In this document: positions 1 through 8,424 of the stretch, in pieces
Position numbering within the stretch: the stretch's first letter is position 1
How the letters are laid out: every line of letters starts with the position of its first letter
Virus record (IMG/VR): IMGVR_UViG_3300033066_000598
DNA length: 64,000 bases
Source of the DNA: an uncultured virus (IMG/VR IMGVR_UViG_3300033066_000598)
Lineage: Duplodnaviria > Heunggongvirae > Uroviricota > Caudoviricetes
Reading direction: 5' to 3' (one strand)
The notes under the pieces: generated by a model
The model's database searches: none
Seen by the model: the letters and a program-made list of their open reading frames with translations, nothing else
What the model was told of the DNA's origin: nothing
Program-made: the position numbers and the translations under genes

Positions 1-150
1 GGTGGCGGTTCGTTCGGCGCCTTCACGGTCTATCAAAGCGTTTCGTCGAACACGACGGGCATCACTCTCACCAATGCGTCTTCTGGCTCCGGTACCGCTC
101 ACAACACGGTACAGCGCAGCCTCGGGGTCAACTGGGGGCAAAAGCTATGA
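1..150 (+). CDS. C-terminal end of tail fibre/tail-collar-type protein (partial)
   Basis: Frame 1 reads GGGSFGAF...SGSGTAHNTVQRSLGVNWGQKL*, resembling the AHNNxQP...N..K end of tail-collar fibre proteins; its TGA overlaps the next ATG (ATGA). Confidence 0.65.
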   Translation, partial: GGGSFGAFTVYQSVSSNTTGITLTNASSGSGTAHNTVQRSLGVNWGQKL

Positions 151-794
151 CTGCGAAGATCTACAAGTCGGCGATCGACGCCTTCCCAAATTTCGATCTG
201 GCTGCTGCCGAGCACGCCGACAAGCTGCGGCACTGGCGCGCGCACATGGCGAAGGTCGAAGCCGAGAAGGGCAACGATCGGATTGCGCCGATCGACCGGC
301 ACCAACCCTACGAAAGGCCGCGCGCGCACAATCTTATTGAGGCTGCGATCGACGACAAGTTCAACGTCGCCTATGAAGTCATCGACGACAGCTCGGCGAC
401 ACTGGCTGCCAAAAAGCAGCAGCTGATTGAGCGCGTGACGGGAGCCGAGCGGGAGGCGATCGCGGCAGTGCTACCTCCGGGCAAGTCCCGCCTCTACATG
501 ATGCGAGAGGCGAGCATTCAGGAGGAGGACGGCGCGCGCGCCTCTCTGCTCGCCGGGCAGCAGAAGCCGGGGCTCATCCAGCGCCTCACGGGCGGCGGCG
601 GCGATTTCGATCTGGCTGCCGCTGTTGCCGAACAGCGGCCGGCTGCTGATACGAAGTTTCTGCAGGAAATGCAGGAGCTGCGCCGGCGCGTGAAGGCGAT
701 CGACCTGATTGCCGCGCAGGCCATGCACGACGTCGAGGATCTCACGCTCGACACCATCGGGCAGTGGAAGATGCCGGACTTCAGCGGAGTTTAA
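147..794 (+). CDS. hypothetical protein, possible tail fibre assembly chaperone
   Basis: 215 aa, translationally coupled to the fibre gene; helical C-terminus ending in a W-containing motif. Confidence 0.55.
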   Translation: MTAKIYKSAIDAFPNFDLAAAEHADKLRHWRAHMAKVEAEKGNDRIAPIDRHQPYERPRAHNLIEAAIDDKFNVAYEVIDDSSATLAAKKQQLIERVTGAEREAIAAVLPPGKSRLYMMREASIQEEDGARASLLAGQQKPGLIQRLTGGGGDFDLAAAVAEQRPAADTKFLQEMQELRRRVKAIDLIAAQAMHDVEDLTLDTIGQWKMPDFSGV

Positions 795-800
795 TCGAAC

Positions 801-2348
801 ATGTGGAAGAAACTTGTAGCAGCCGCAGCGCTCGCAGCGCTGCTGGCAACGCCTTCGCTTGCGCAGACAAACCCCGGTCTGACGCAAGGTCAGAAGCTGA
901 CGCCGGCGCAGTGGAATAATCTGTTCGCCAGCAAGCAGGACACGCTCGGCTATACGCCGCTGAACACGGCCGGCGGCGTGATGAGCGGCCGCCTCGTGAC
1001 AGCGGCACCGGGCGCTTCGACCGCGGGTCTCAATCTCACGCCGGGCACGGCGCCGGCGTCGCCATCCGACGGTGATATGTGGGCGACGTCGAGCGGTTTT
1101 TACGCGCGCGTCAATGGCGTGACGATTGGGCCGATCAGCGGCGGGTCGGCGAGCAGCTTCGCGGCAACCTCGCCTATCACCGTTTCCTTCCCCTCTGGTG
1201 TAGCGACGTTTGCGTGCCCGACCTGCGGCGTCACCGGCAGCCCGCTTTCGCAATTCGCCGCGACGACGTCGGCGCAGCTGCGCGGCATCCTGTCGGATGA
1301 GACCGGCTCCGGTGTTGCGGTCTTCAACAACACGCCGACGCTGATCACGCCGATCCTGGGTGTTGCCACCGCAACCTCGATCAACAAGGTCGCTATCACC
1401 GCGCCGGCGACGTCGGCGACGCTGACGATCGCCAACGGCAAGACGTTGACGGCGTCGAATTCGCTCACCTTCACCGGTACCGACGGCACGTTCTTTGGCT
1501 TCCCGGGCACCAGCGACACCGTTGTTACGCTTGCGGCCACGCAATCGCCGACCAACAAAACCATCACCGGCTCGACCAACGTTCTCGGCAACGTCACCAT
1601 GACGTTGGGGTCGGACGCGACCGGCGATCTCTACTACCGCAACAGCGGCGGCCAGCTGACGCGCCTTGCGATCGGCTCGGGCTCGCAGGTGCTCACCGTC
1701 AGCGGCGGCCTGCCGACGTGGCAGGCGGGCAGCTCGGCCGGCTCCGTCACCGCCGGCACCACGACGATCGCCGGCACCTGTTCGACGCAGCAGCAGGTCT
1801 ACAACAACGCCGGCACGCTATCGTGCGCCAACCTGTCTTCGTTCCTGTCGGCCGGTACCGGCATCTCGCTTTCGGGCACGACGACGGTCACGATCAACAA
1901 TACCGGCGTTACCAGCGTTTCGAGCGGCTACGGCTTGACAGGCACCGTCACCACGACGGGGTCTCTTGCGGTTTCCCTGTCGACCGCCACCAACTCGCTT
2001 TCAATCGACGTCGCCATTGCCAACGGCTCCTTCACCGACGGGCCGAGCGTTGCGCAGGGCACCACGGGAACGTGGTTTGCGAGCGGCACCGTCACCTTCA
2101 ACGACTCGGCGGCTCCAAGCGGCGTTAGCTGCAAGCTGTGGGACGGCACCACCGTTATTGCCAGCGCCAACACAAGACTGGTTCAATCGGGCCAGGCGCA
2201 AAACTCGCTGTCGCTCTCCGGCTACCTTGCGAGCCCGGCGGCCAACATCAAAATCAGCTGCAACGCCAATTCGAGCACGATGGTTTTCAAGGCCAACGCC
2301 ACCGGCGCCGGCAAGGACAGCACCCTCTCCGCCGTCAGGATCCAGTGA
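801..2348 (+). CDS. Thr/Ser/Gly-rich fibre-like protein with Sec signal peptide
   Basis: 515 aa; MWKKLVAAAALAALLATPSLA|Q signal; beta-rich fibre motifs (GDLYYRNSGGQLTRLAIGSGSQVL, GVTSVSSGYGLTG). Confidence 0.7.
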   Translation: MWKKLVAAAALAALLATPSLAQTNPGLTQGQKLTPAQWNNLFASKQDTLGYTPLNTAGGVMSGRLVTAAPGASTAGLNLTPGTAPASPSDGDMWATSSGFYARVNGVTIGPISGGSASSFAATSPITVSFPSGVATFACPTCGVTGSPLSQFAATTSAQLRGILSDETGSGVAVFNNTPTLITPILGVATATSINKVAITAPATSATLTIANGKTLTASNSLTFTGTDGTFFGFPGTSDTVVTLAATQSPTNKTITGSTNVLGNVTMTLGSDATGDLYYRNSGGQLTRLAIGSGSQVLTVSGGLPTWQAGSSAGSVTAGTTTIAGTCSTQQQVYNNAGTLSCANLSSFLSAGTGISLSGTTTVTINNTGVTSVSSGYGLTGTVTTTGSLAVSLSTATNSLSIDVAIANGSFTDGPSVAQGTTGTWFASGTVTFNDSAAPSGVSCKLWDGTTVIASANTRLVQSGQAQNSLSLSGYLASPAANIKISCNANSSTMVFKANATGAGKDSTLSAVRIQ

Positions 2349-2355
2349 GGCACCA

Positions 2356-2910
2356 ATGGCAATCAATCGCAAAACCTTCTTCGAGGGAATTCGCCAGCAG
2401 CCCTTCAGCGGCCGGCTCGATGCCGGCCAGGTTGCCGGCACCGGCGCCATCCTCGACGAGTGGGAGCGCCGGAAGCTGACCGACCTGCGCTCGCTGGCGT
2501 ACATGCTGGCGACGACGAAGTGGGAGACAGCGCACACCATGCAGCCGATCACTGAAGGGGGCTCGCAGAGCTACCTGCGCGGCAAGAAGTACTGGCCCTG
2601 GATCGGCCGCGGCTACGTGCAGCTGACGTGGGAGCGAAACTACATCGCGATGACGAAGCTGCTCAACCAGGCCGGCTTCGACGTTAGCCTGACAGAAAAG
2701 CCAGAGCTCGCGCTCGACAAGAAGATTGCGGCCTTCGTCATGTTCGAAGGCATGATCCGCGGCACGTTCACCGGCAAGAAGCTGTCGGACTATTTCAACG
2801 ACACGAAGACCGACTGGCTGAACGCGCGCCGGATAATTAATGGCGTAGATAAAGCCTCGGAAATCGCAGCAATTGGAAAAATGTTTTATGCGGATCTCGT
2901 CGCCAGCTAA
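2356..2910 (+). CDS. endolysin, glycoside hydrolase 19/lysozyme-like
   Basis: LAYMLATTKWET, GRGYVQLTWERNY and NARRIING motifs; RBS GAGG before the ATG at 2356. Confidence 0.85.
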   Translation: MAINRKTFFEGIRQQPFSGRLDAGQVAGTGAILDEWERRKLTDLRSLAYMLATTKWETAHTMQPITEGGSQSYLRGKKYWPWIGRGYVQLTWERNYIAMTKLLNQAGFDVSLTEKPELALDKKIAAFVMFEGMIRGTFTGKKLSDYFNDTKTDWLNARRIINGVDKASEIAAIGKMFYADLVAS

Positions 2911-3383
2911 GGAACGTGTTTCCAGCTGTTCCCGCGCTTGATCTCTCCGATGGTGTTTGACGAGACTCCATAGGCTTCAGCAATGGCGCGTTCCGATCTC
3001 GAGTCCGATCGAATAGCCGGTATCTGTTCAGCTTTTAACTTCGCGCCGCTGACGCGCTCGCCGTGCGCATGGCGCTTCTCTTTTTGGCGGTCTTCAATAT
3101 TCGACTGGTGCGTACCTTCACTCAGATGATCTTCAAAAACGCAAAGCTTGCGGTGGCAGCTGTGACAACTTTCCATGCCGTCGGCGATCGGACGGCCAAG
3201 CTTTTTTTCTAGAACTATTCGGCAAACCAACTTGGTTTTGTTGTTCACTGAAAGATGTGGATATCCGCCTCCGCCCGGCTTGGCCGTCCAAAGAATACAT
3301 CCGGTCCCGTCGTTAGCGGGTTTCGAATGAAATGCTATTTTGCGCTCGATAGACCAGCCGCGAGTAGTCTGACGGTTTTTCAT
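2907..3383 (-). CDS. HNH homing endonuclease
   Basis: GCILWT...GYP...CHSCHRKLCVFEDHLSEGTHQSN plus C-terminal HTH; lower GC; antisense within the lysis cassette. Confidence 0.85.
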   Translation of the reverse strand: MKNRQTTRGWSIERKIAFHSKPANDGTGCILWTAKPGGGGYPHLSVNNKTKLVCRIVLEKKLGRPIADGMESCHSCHRKLCVFEDHLSEGTHQSNIEDRQKEKRHAHGERVSGAKLKAEQIPAIRSDSRSERAIAEAYGVSSNTIGEIKRGNSWKHVP

Positions 3384-3490
3384 GGAACCGATTGTAGGAT
3401 GCGCTAGGCGTCGGGTCAATTGAACGTAAAAATGATGCGCTCGCGAAAGCGGGCTGATATTGACCATCAACCCTCACGGGAGAATCGACC

Positions 3491-3961
3491 ATGACCGACA
3501 CCACCACGACGCCGGCCCCGACCGGCACCGCCAACAAGGTAAATGTCGCGTTGCGTTATCTCGGCTCGAATGCGACGGGCGGCCTGACCGTGTTCGTCGT
3601 GCTTGGCCTGCTCACGCCGGAGCAGCAGGTCGACATCCTGAAGAACGCGCACGCCATGTACGACGCGACCTACGCCTTCATCGGCGCCGCGGCGAATATC
3701 TGGTACATCGTCTTCCCGATCATTGCGGGCCTGCTCCTGAAAATGGGAGTCGACTCGAGCGGCATCGGCAACATGGTCGACCGCGTGTTCGCGCTCGCCA
3801 AGGCCGGCAACAAGGATGCGCAAATCGCGATCGTGAAGGCCGCGGCCGCGCCCGAGCTCGGCACGAAGGCGATCATCAATCCGGTGCTCGCGCCGGAGCC
3901 GGCGACTCCAGGCAATGTGGTCGCCACGCCGGCGGCCGCGGTGGAAGTGGCGAAGACGTAA
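3491..3961 (+). CDS. putative holin/membrane protein
   Basis: Two hydrophobic segments; follows the endolysin; GGGAG RBS. Confidence 0.55.
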   Translation: MTDTTTTPAPTGTANKVNVALRYLGSNATGGLTVFVVLGLLTPEQQVDILKNAHAMYDATYAFIGAAANIWYIVFPIIAGLLLKMGVDSSGIGNMVDRVFALAKAGNKDAQIAIVKAAAAPELGTKAIINPVLAPEPATPGNVVATPAAAVEVAKT

Positions 3962-3991
3962 ACCGCGCGACACGCGCAAAAGGGGGAAGTC

Positions 3992-4420
3992 ATGCGACGT
4001 TTGGGAATGGCGGCCGCGCTTGTCGCGCTCGCAATCACCCTGTCAGGCTGCGCAGGCCTGCAGGAGAAGCTGCAGGTCTTTCAGCAGACGTGGCAGACTG
4101 CGAAGTCGATCACGCTCAACAAGACCGCCGTCACCGTCGCGGTGTCGACCTTCCGCGCGGCCGAGCGCACGGCGACCGTCTACATCCGGCAGAAGCATTG
4201 CCCGGTCGGGATCCAGAAGCCGACGTGCATGTCTCCGCCCATCCGCGAGCAGCTCGTGGTGGCGATCAATCAGGGCAACGACGCGGCGAACGCTCTGCTC
4301 GACTTTTGGGAAAAGCACCCGAATGAGCTCGGCAGCGAGGGCGTCTACGACGCGCTGAACGCGGCGACCGCCGGGCTCAAATCCATCTTCGCCACTTACA
4401 AGATCGGGGGTGCCTCGTGA
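3992..4420 (+). CDS. lipoprotein, possible outer-membrane spanin
   Basis: Signal peptide with lipobox LSG|C; lies in the lysis cluster. Confidence 0.65.
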   Translation: MRRLGMAAALVALAITLSGCAGLQEKLQVFQQTWQTAKSITLNKTAVTVAVSTFRAAERTATVYIRQKHCPVGIQKPTCMSPPIREQLVVAINQGNDAANALLDFWEKHPNELGSEGVYDALNAATAGLKSIFATYKIGGAS

Positions 4421-4740
4421 GTCTTGCTTCCATCGCTGCCGTCGGCGTGCCGGCGGTTATGAACCTGGTGCAGCAGCTGCTGCCGTCCCTGCCGACAGCG
4501 ACCGCTGGCGTTGTCGGCGCCGTCGTGTCGGTGCTGACAGAATACGGGCCGCTGGTCATCAAGGAGTACAAGGCGCTGAAGCCAGTCGTCACCGATGCGA
4601 TCGAAGTGCTGTCGCAGAGCGAGCACACGACAGAAGAAACGATCGCCACGCTGCGCGCGATGCTGGCGGCTGACAAGAGCGACTTCGATCAGGCGGTGTC
4701 GGACTCTCGCGCCGGTGACAAGGAAGCCGGCTACACCTGA
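4417..4740 (+). CDS. hypothetical lysis-cluster protein with hydrophobic N-terminus
   Basis: GTGA overlap with the lipoprotein gene. Confidence 0.6.
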   Translation: MSLASIAAVGVPAVMNLVQQLLPSLPTATAGVVGAVVSVLTEYGPLVIKEYKALKPVVTDAIEVLSQSEHTTEETIATLRAMLAADKSDFDQAVSDSRAGDKEAGYT

Positions 4741-4770
4741 CCGGCTCGCAAAATGGGGTAGGGCGAGTCA

Positions 4771-5004
4771 ATGAACGTGGAATGGTGGCTCGCTCTTGTT
4801 AAGGAGGGCGGGGGATACTGCGCGGTGCTCGAGCTCGGCGCGCTCATCTGGTTGAACAAGGACCGGCTGCGGGTTATCTCCGAAAATGCCGATCTCCGAG
4901 CTCAGAATATCGCAAAGCATGCCGAAGTGAAGGAATTGGCCGAGCGCGTTATCACGATCGCGACGGAGCTGAAAATGTTCCTTTTCAACGAGCGCAAAAC
5001 ATGA
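4771..5004 (+). CDS. small membrane/coiled-coil protein
   Basis: Hydrophobic N-terminal segment then coiled coil; ATGA coupling downstream. Confidence 0.6.
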   Translation: MNVEWWLALVKEGGGYCAVLELGALIWLNKDRLRVISENADLRAQNIAKHAEVKELAERVITIATELKMFLFNERKT

Positions 5005-5261
5005 CGTCGATCCTCGGCCGCATCTTCGGTGCCAAGCCGCCGCGCGCGATCGAGGCGCCGGCGGCGGCGGATGCCGCCTATGTCGCGGCAATGCGCGAGA
5101 GCGACGACCTGCTCGCCAAGATGCGGGCAGCCTACGGGTCTACGGATCCGGTGCGCCAGGCCATGGCCGACATTTGGGCGCAGCACCACAACATCCCCTT
5201 CATGACGACAATTCACGAGACGGTGCAGGAAATGAACGCGCCCCTGAAGCAGAAGCCATGA
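5001..5261 (+). CDS. hypothetical protein
   Basis: ATGA overlaps at both ends. Confidence 0.6.
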   Translation: MTSILGRIFGAKPPRAIEAPAAADAAYVAAMRESDDLLAKMRAAYGSTDPVRQAMADIWAQHHNIPFMTTIHETVQEMNAPLKQKP

Positions 5262-5671
5262 ACGCGGCGCTTTTCCTCGAGCTGCTCAACGGTGGCGCGG
5301 TCACGCCGGAGGCCATCTGGCTTGTGCTGCTGACGGTCTATCTGGCGAAGGAAGCCAAGCGGCGCGGCCTCAACCGGTTCGATTGGCTGAACCTGCCGCC
5401 TTCCATGAACCTGATTTTGGCGATCTACGTTTGCGACGCCGGCGTGACACTGCGGTCAGTAACGGTGTGGTATTGGCGGCGGTTCGGCGGTGGCGGCGCC
5501 GACTTCGGGCCGATCGAGTCCGGCCTGCTGACGCTCGGCGGAGCGCTGATCGTTTGGGGCTTCCTGTGCAAGATCCGGGCGATCACGATGCCCGACCACG
5601 GTGCCGGGCCGTGGATAACCGCCATGTTGGCCTCGGCGATCGCCGTCGTGGCGCTTGTGCTGCTACGCTGA
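5258..5671 (+). CDS. multi-pass membrane protein
   Basis: Start MNAALF at an ATGA overlap; about four hydrophobic segments. Confidence 0.65.
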   Translation: MNAALFLELLNGGAVTPEAIWLVLLTVYLAKEAKRRGLNRFDWLNLPPSMNLILAIYVCDAGVTLRSVTVWYWRRFGGGGADFGPIESGLLTLGGALIVWGFLCKIRAITMPDHGAGPWITAMLASAIAVVALVLLR

Positions 5672-5724
5672 ATCGGCGATAGGTTCCCTGCGGTCTTCAG
5701 GGAACCGCAATGGATTGAACGAAG

Positions 5725-5768
5725 AAGCCCCGGGCGGTTCCTCTCAGGAGGGCCGCCCGGGGCTTTTT
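5725..5768. terminator. intrinsic terminator between convergent arms
   Basis: AAGCCCCGGGCGG...CCGCCCGGGGCTTTTT stem-loop with T tract. Confidence 0.85.
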
Positions 5769-5836
5769 GTCGTTTCGGGGGTGTCTGTACCGGCCGGAGC
5801 CGGGAAACGCACAGGCGAGGCCCTGAAGGCCGGCAA

Positions 5837-6139
5837 TCAGGGCTTCTCGGCCGGCTTTTCGGTCGGCTTCGGTTCCGCCGCTTCCCGGGCGGCTTTGTCG
5901 GCTGCTTCCAGCTGCGCCTGCAGGTCGTTCAGCACCGGGTTCGCCAGCTTGGCCGGGAGCTCCTGCAGGCCTTGGCCGATCACGTTCAGCTGCTGGCGGG
6001 TGACCTTCAGGGTCACGGGGTCGGCCTGCCACGGCGGCGTCAGGGTTTGAGCGCGCATGGGCTCCGGCGCCGTAGCGATCATGACGGTGACCGGAACCGC
6101 AAGGGACAGGGCATAGAAAATCGTGCGAAAAGGGTTCAT
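5837..6139 (-). CDS. hypothetical protein with signal peptide
   Basis: MNPFRTIFYALSLAVPVTVMIATAPEPMRA|Q; GAGG RBS. Confidence 0.6.
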   Translation of the reverse strand: MNPFRTIFYALSLAVPVTVMIATAPEPMRAQTLTPPWQADPVTLKVTRQQLNVIGQGLQELPAKLANPVLNDLQAQLEAADKAAREAAEPKPTEKPAEKP

Positions 6140-6534
6140 GGCTTCCTCATTGGACCGCCGCAGTAGGGGCACGGGCCGGCGTGGCGATCGACGCCGGGCA
6201 TGTAGAAGTCGTCGAGCAGGGCTTTGCCGGCCTCATCGGTCGGCATGTCGCAGTTGTGGCAGCGGTACAGCTGGCACGTCGACGCCGATCGGCACCAGCA
6301 GCTGCCGTAGAATTCGTAGCCGGCGCAGCGTTGCGCCATCACGTCACGCAGCGCCGTGCGCGCGACGTGCCGCGCCGACCAGATTTCCGGAAGATTGAGG
6401 CCGCTGTAGAAGGCGGCGACTACTGCAGCGAGCACGCCGGCGTAGTACAGGACGCCGAGCGCCATGTCGTAGACGACGGCCGGATCCGTGCGCAGACCTT
6501 CGATGCAGGCTTGCGAAAAGGTGAAGCACGACAT
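6136..6534 (-). CDS. membrane-anchored Cys-rich (Zn-binding) protein
   Basis: TM segment plus CxxC motifs (CHNC, CPYC). Confidence 0.55.
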   Translation of the reverse strand: MSCFTFSQACIEGLRTDPAVVYDMALGVLYYAGVLAAVVAAFYSGLNLPEIWSARHVARTALRDVMAQRCAGYEFYGSCWCRSASTCQLYRCHNCDMPTDEAGKALLDDFYMPGVDRHAGPCPYCGGPMRKP

Positions 6535-6535
6535 A

Positions 6536-6730
6536 TCAGCGCTTCCTCTTTGCGAATTCAGAGACGCACACCGGGCACGCGTCGGCCCACTCGTGATCCG
6601 GCCCTTTGAAGCGGCGCCATCCAGCCTTCTTCGCCGTCTCGAGTCCTTCGCTGAAGTCCGACGTCTCGACGTCGATCGACTCCGGGCACTCGTCGCAGGC
6701 GAAAGCTTTGTCGCGCGAATGAAACGTCAT
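6536..6730 (-). CDS. small zinc-ribbon protein
   Basis: CDEC...CPVC. Confidence 0.7.
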   Translation of the reverse strand: MTFHSRDKAFACDECPESIDVETSDFSEGLETAKKAGWRRFKGPDHEWADACPVCVSEFAKRKR

Positions 6731-7149
6731 GTGGTCGACTCCAGCTTTTGACGGATGGCAGCCGACAGCAGCGGGTCTTCGGCGCCGCGCTCGTGCATGG
6801 CGTCGTCAGCCAGGCGCGCGCGGATGTAGTCGAGCTCGGCGGCGGTGAGGGATGGCAGCGGCTTGACCGGCGTCGGCACGACTTCCAGCTTCGGCGGTGC
6901 CTTCGGGATTTTGCGGAAGACGAGCACCATCGTGTCGCCGGCCTCGATCTCCGGCTTCAGCCGGCCGAAATGAAAAGCGATGCCGAAACGGTCGAGCACG
7001 ACGTACCAGCCGATCGAGACTTCCTCGGAGGCCTCCGCCATCTTCGCTTCGGTTTGCGCCGCGCCGGCTTTATCCGGGTCGTAGCGCTTCTGGAATCGTT
7101 CCTCGACGCGAACGACGGTGGCGTGGAATTCGTACTCGATATCGGGCAT
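6727..7149 (-). CDS. hypothetical protein
   Basis: GGAGAGG RBS before MPDIEY; ATGA coupling. Confidence 0.6.
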   Translation of the reverse strand: MPDIEYEFHATVVRVEERFQKRYDPDKAGAAQTEAKMAEASEEVSIGWYVVLDRFGIAFHFGRLKPEIEAGDTMVLVFRKIPKAPPKLEVVPTPVKPLPSLTAAELDYIRARLADDAMHERGAEDPLLSAAIRQKLESTT

Positions 7150-7264
7150 GTGCCTCTCCGGATTTTTCAAATGGGGTCGGCGACCGGAGCGGGAATGACG
7201 CTCCGGCCGCCTTCAGCGCGCCGACGGAGATTTTGGGAAGCCACGCCGGCGGCCGATTCAGAGG

Positions 7265-7450
7265 CTACGGGTTCGTAGCATCATTTGGCGTGAACAGCCA
7301 CTTGTCTTCGTCGAAGGTGTAGTAGCCGGCGAGCGCGCCGAGAACGAAAATCTCTTTGCGCTCGCTGTCGTGCTCGATGTTGCTACCGGCGAGCGGGCCG
7401 CCATACGCGGGCCCGCGAAACACCGGCGCCTTCCATGGGTTCGGTTTCAT
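7265..7450 (-). CDS. hypothetical protein
   Basis: MKPNPW... start overlaps the upstream stop; GGPLAG motif. Confidence 0.45.
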   Translation of the reverse strand: MKPNPWKAPVFRGPAYGGPLAGSNIEHDSERKEIFVLGALAGYYTFDEDKWLFTPNDATNP

Positions 7451-7797
7451 GGCACCCATCCTTTCCCTTCGACGTGAAGCTGAATGCCGGGCTGTGCCGG
7501 CCAATTTGAGCGAATCCATCCTTCGCGCAACGGATAAGGCGCAGCGTAAGCCGGTGGCTGGAACGGCGGCTGCCAGTTCTCGCAAAAGCCGGGCTGCAGC
7601 GTCATGCCGTTCGATAAGGGATATCGCAGCTGACACACGCGTGCGCCGGAGCTCGTCGTGACCCAATCGCCGGCGAGCGCAAAGACGACGATCATCTTGC
7701 GGTGTTTGCGCGGGGCGCAGATCGACGCCAGGATCACAAGGAAAGCGAGAACGATCGCGCCGTAGCCGACGATCAACTCCAATGCCTGTCTAGCCAT
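7447..7797 (-). CDS. hypothetical membrane protein
   Basis: MARQALELIVGYGAIVLAFLVILASIC TM segment; overlaps the upstream gene end. Confidence 0.5.
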   Translation of the reverse strand: MARQALELIVGYGAIVLAFLVILASICAPRKHRKMIVVFALAGDWVTTSSGARVCQLRYPLSNGMTLQPGFCENWQPPFQPPAYAAPYPLREGWIRSNWPAQPGIQLHVEGKGWVP

Positions 7798-8368
7798 CCT
7801 GCACTCCGAGCTCCTGCAGCGCCTGGTCGCGCGCCTCGACCAGCGCGGCCATGTCGTTGCCCTTGCCGTGGCCTTCCTTGGCGCGCTCGCGAAAGGCCTC
7901 CATGACGTACTCGCGGCGCAACCGCGGCGACAGCGGCAGCGCGGCTTGCTTGTTGATTCCGAGAATCGACCACACGTCCTTCGGTGGCGGCAGCGCGGTA
8001 AAGCCGGTGAACGATTTCTGCGACAGGTGCTGGCCGCCGTAGCGCTCGATCGTGCGCATGGCCTCAATGACCATGTAGATGGCGCGCACGTTGTCGTCCT
8101 GGTTTTTGTAAAGGTCGCAGCAGATCGAGATTTTGCGGCCGCCCGGCAAGTCGAAGTAGAGCGCAACGGCGGAGTCCTTCGGTGCGCCGCCACCGCGGCC
8201 GCGATCGTAGGACAGCATGATATCGGTCGCCTTGAAGCGCTTCAGTTCGTCTTCCAGCTGGCGCTCTGTGCGGCCGCGCGTGACCTGGAACGGCGAGGCC
8301 GTGCGCTTCGTCGGCGTGCGCGGCTCGCCATCGGGCCAGTTAAGCGGAATCTTGTGTTCAATCGTCAT
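7790..8368 (-). CDS. phage J-domain-like protein (HPD degenerate)
   Basis: PLNWPDGEPRT...SPF, VALYF, CD.Y...DNVRAI, FTGFTALP, then WSILG...AFRERAK..H J-like C-terminus. Confidence 0.7.
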   Translation of the reverse strand: MTIEHKIPLNWPDGEPRTPTKRTASPFQVTRGRTERQLEDELKRFKATDIMLSYDRGRGGGAPKDSAVALYFDLPGGRKISICCDLYKNQDDNVRAIYMVIEAMRTIERYGGQHLSQKSFTGFTALPPPKDVWSILGINKQAALPLSPRLRREYVMEAFRERAKEGHGKGNDMAALVEARDQALQELGVQDG

Positions 8369-8424
8369 GACGGCTTCCCTTCGTCGGATTGGGCGGCGCG
8401 AATATCACGCCGCCCGCATGATGG

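Noticed and set aside
1..2348. Diversity-generating retroelement acting on the fibre genes
   Set aside because: No reverse transcriptase or TR/VR repeat pair was seen in the window.
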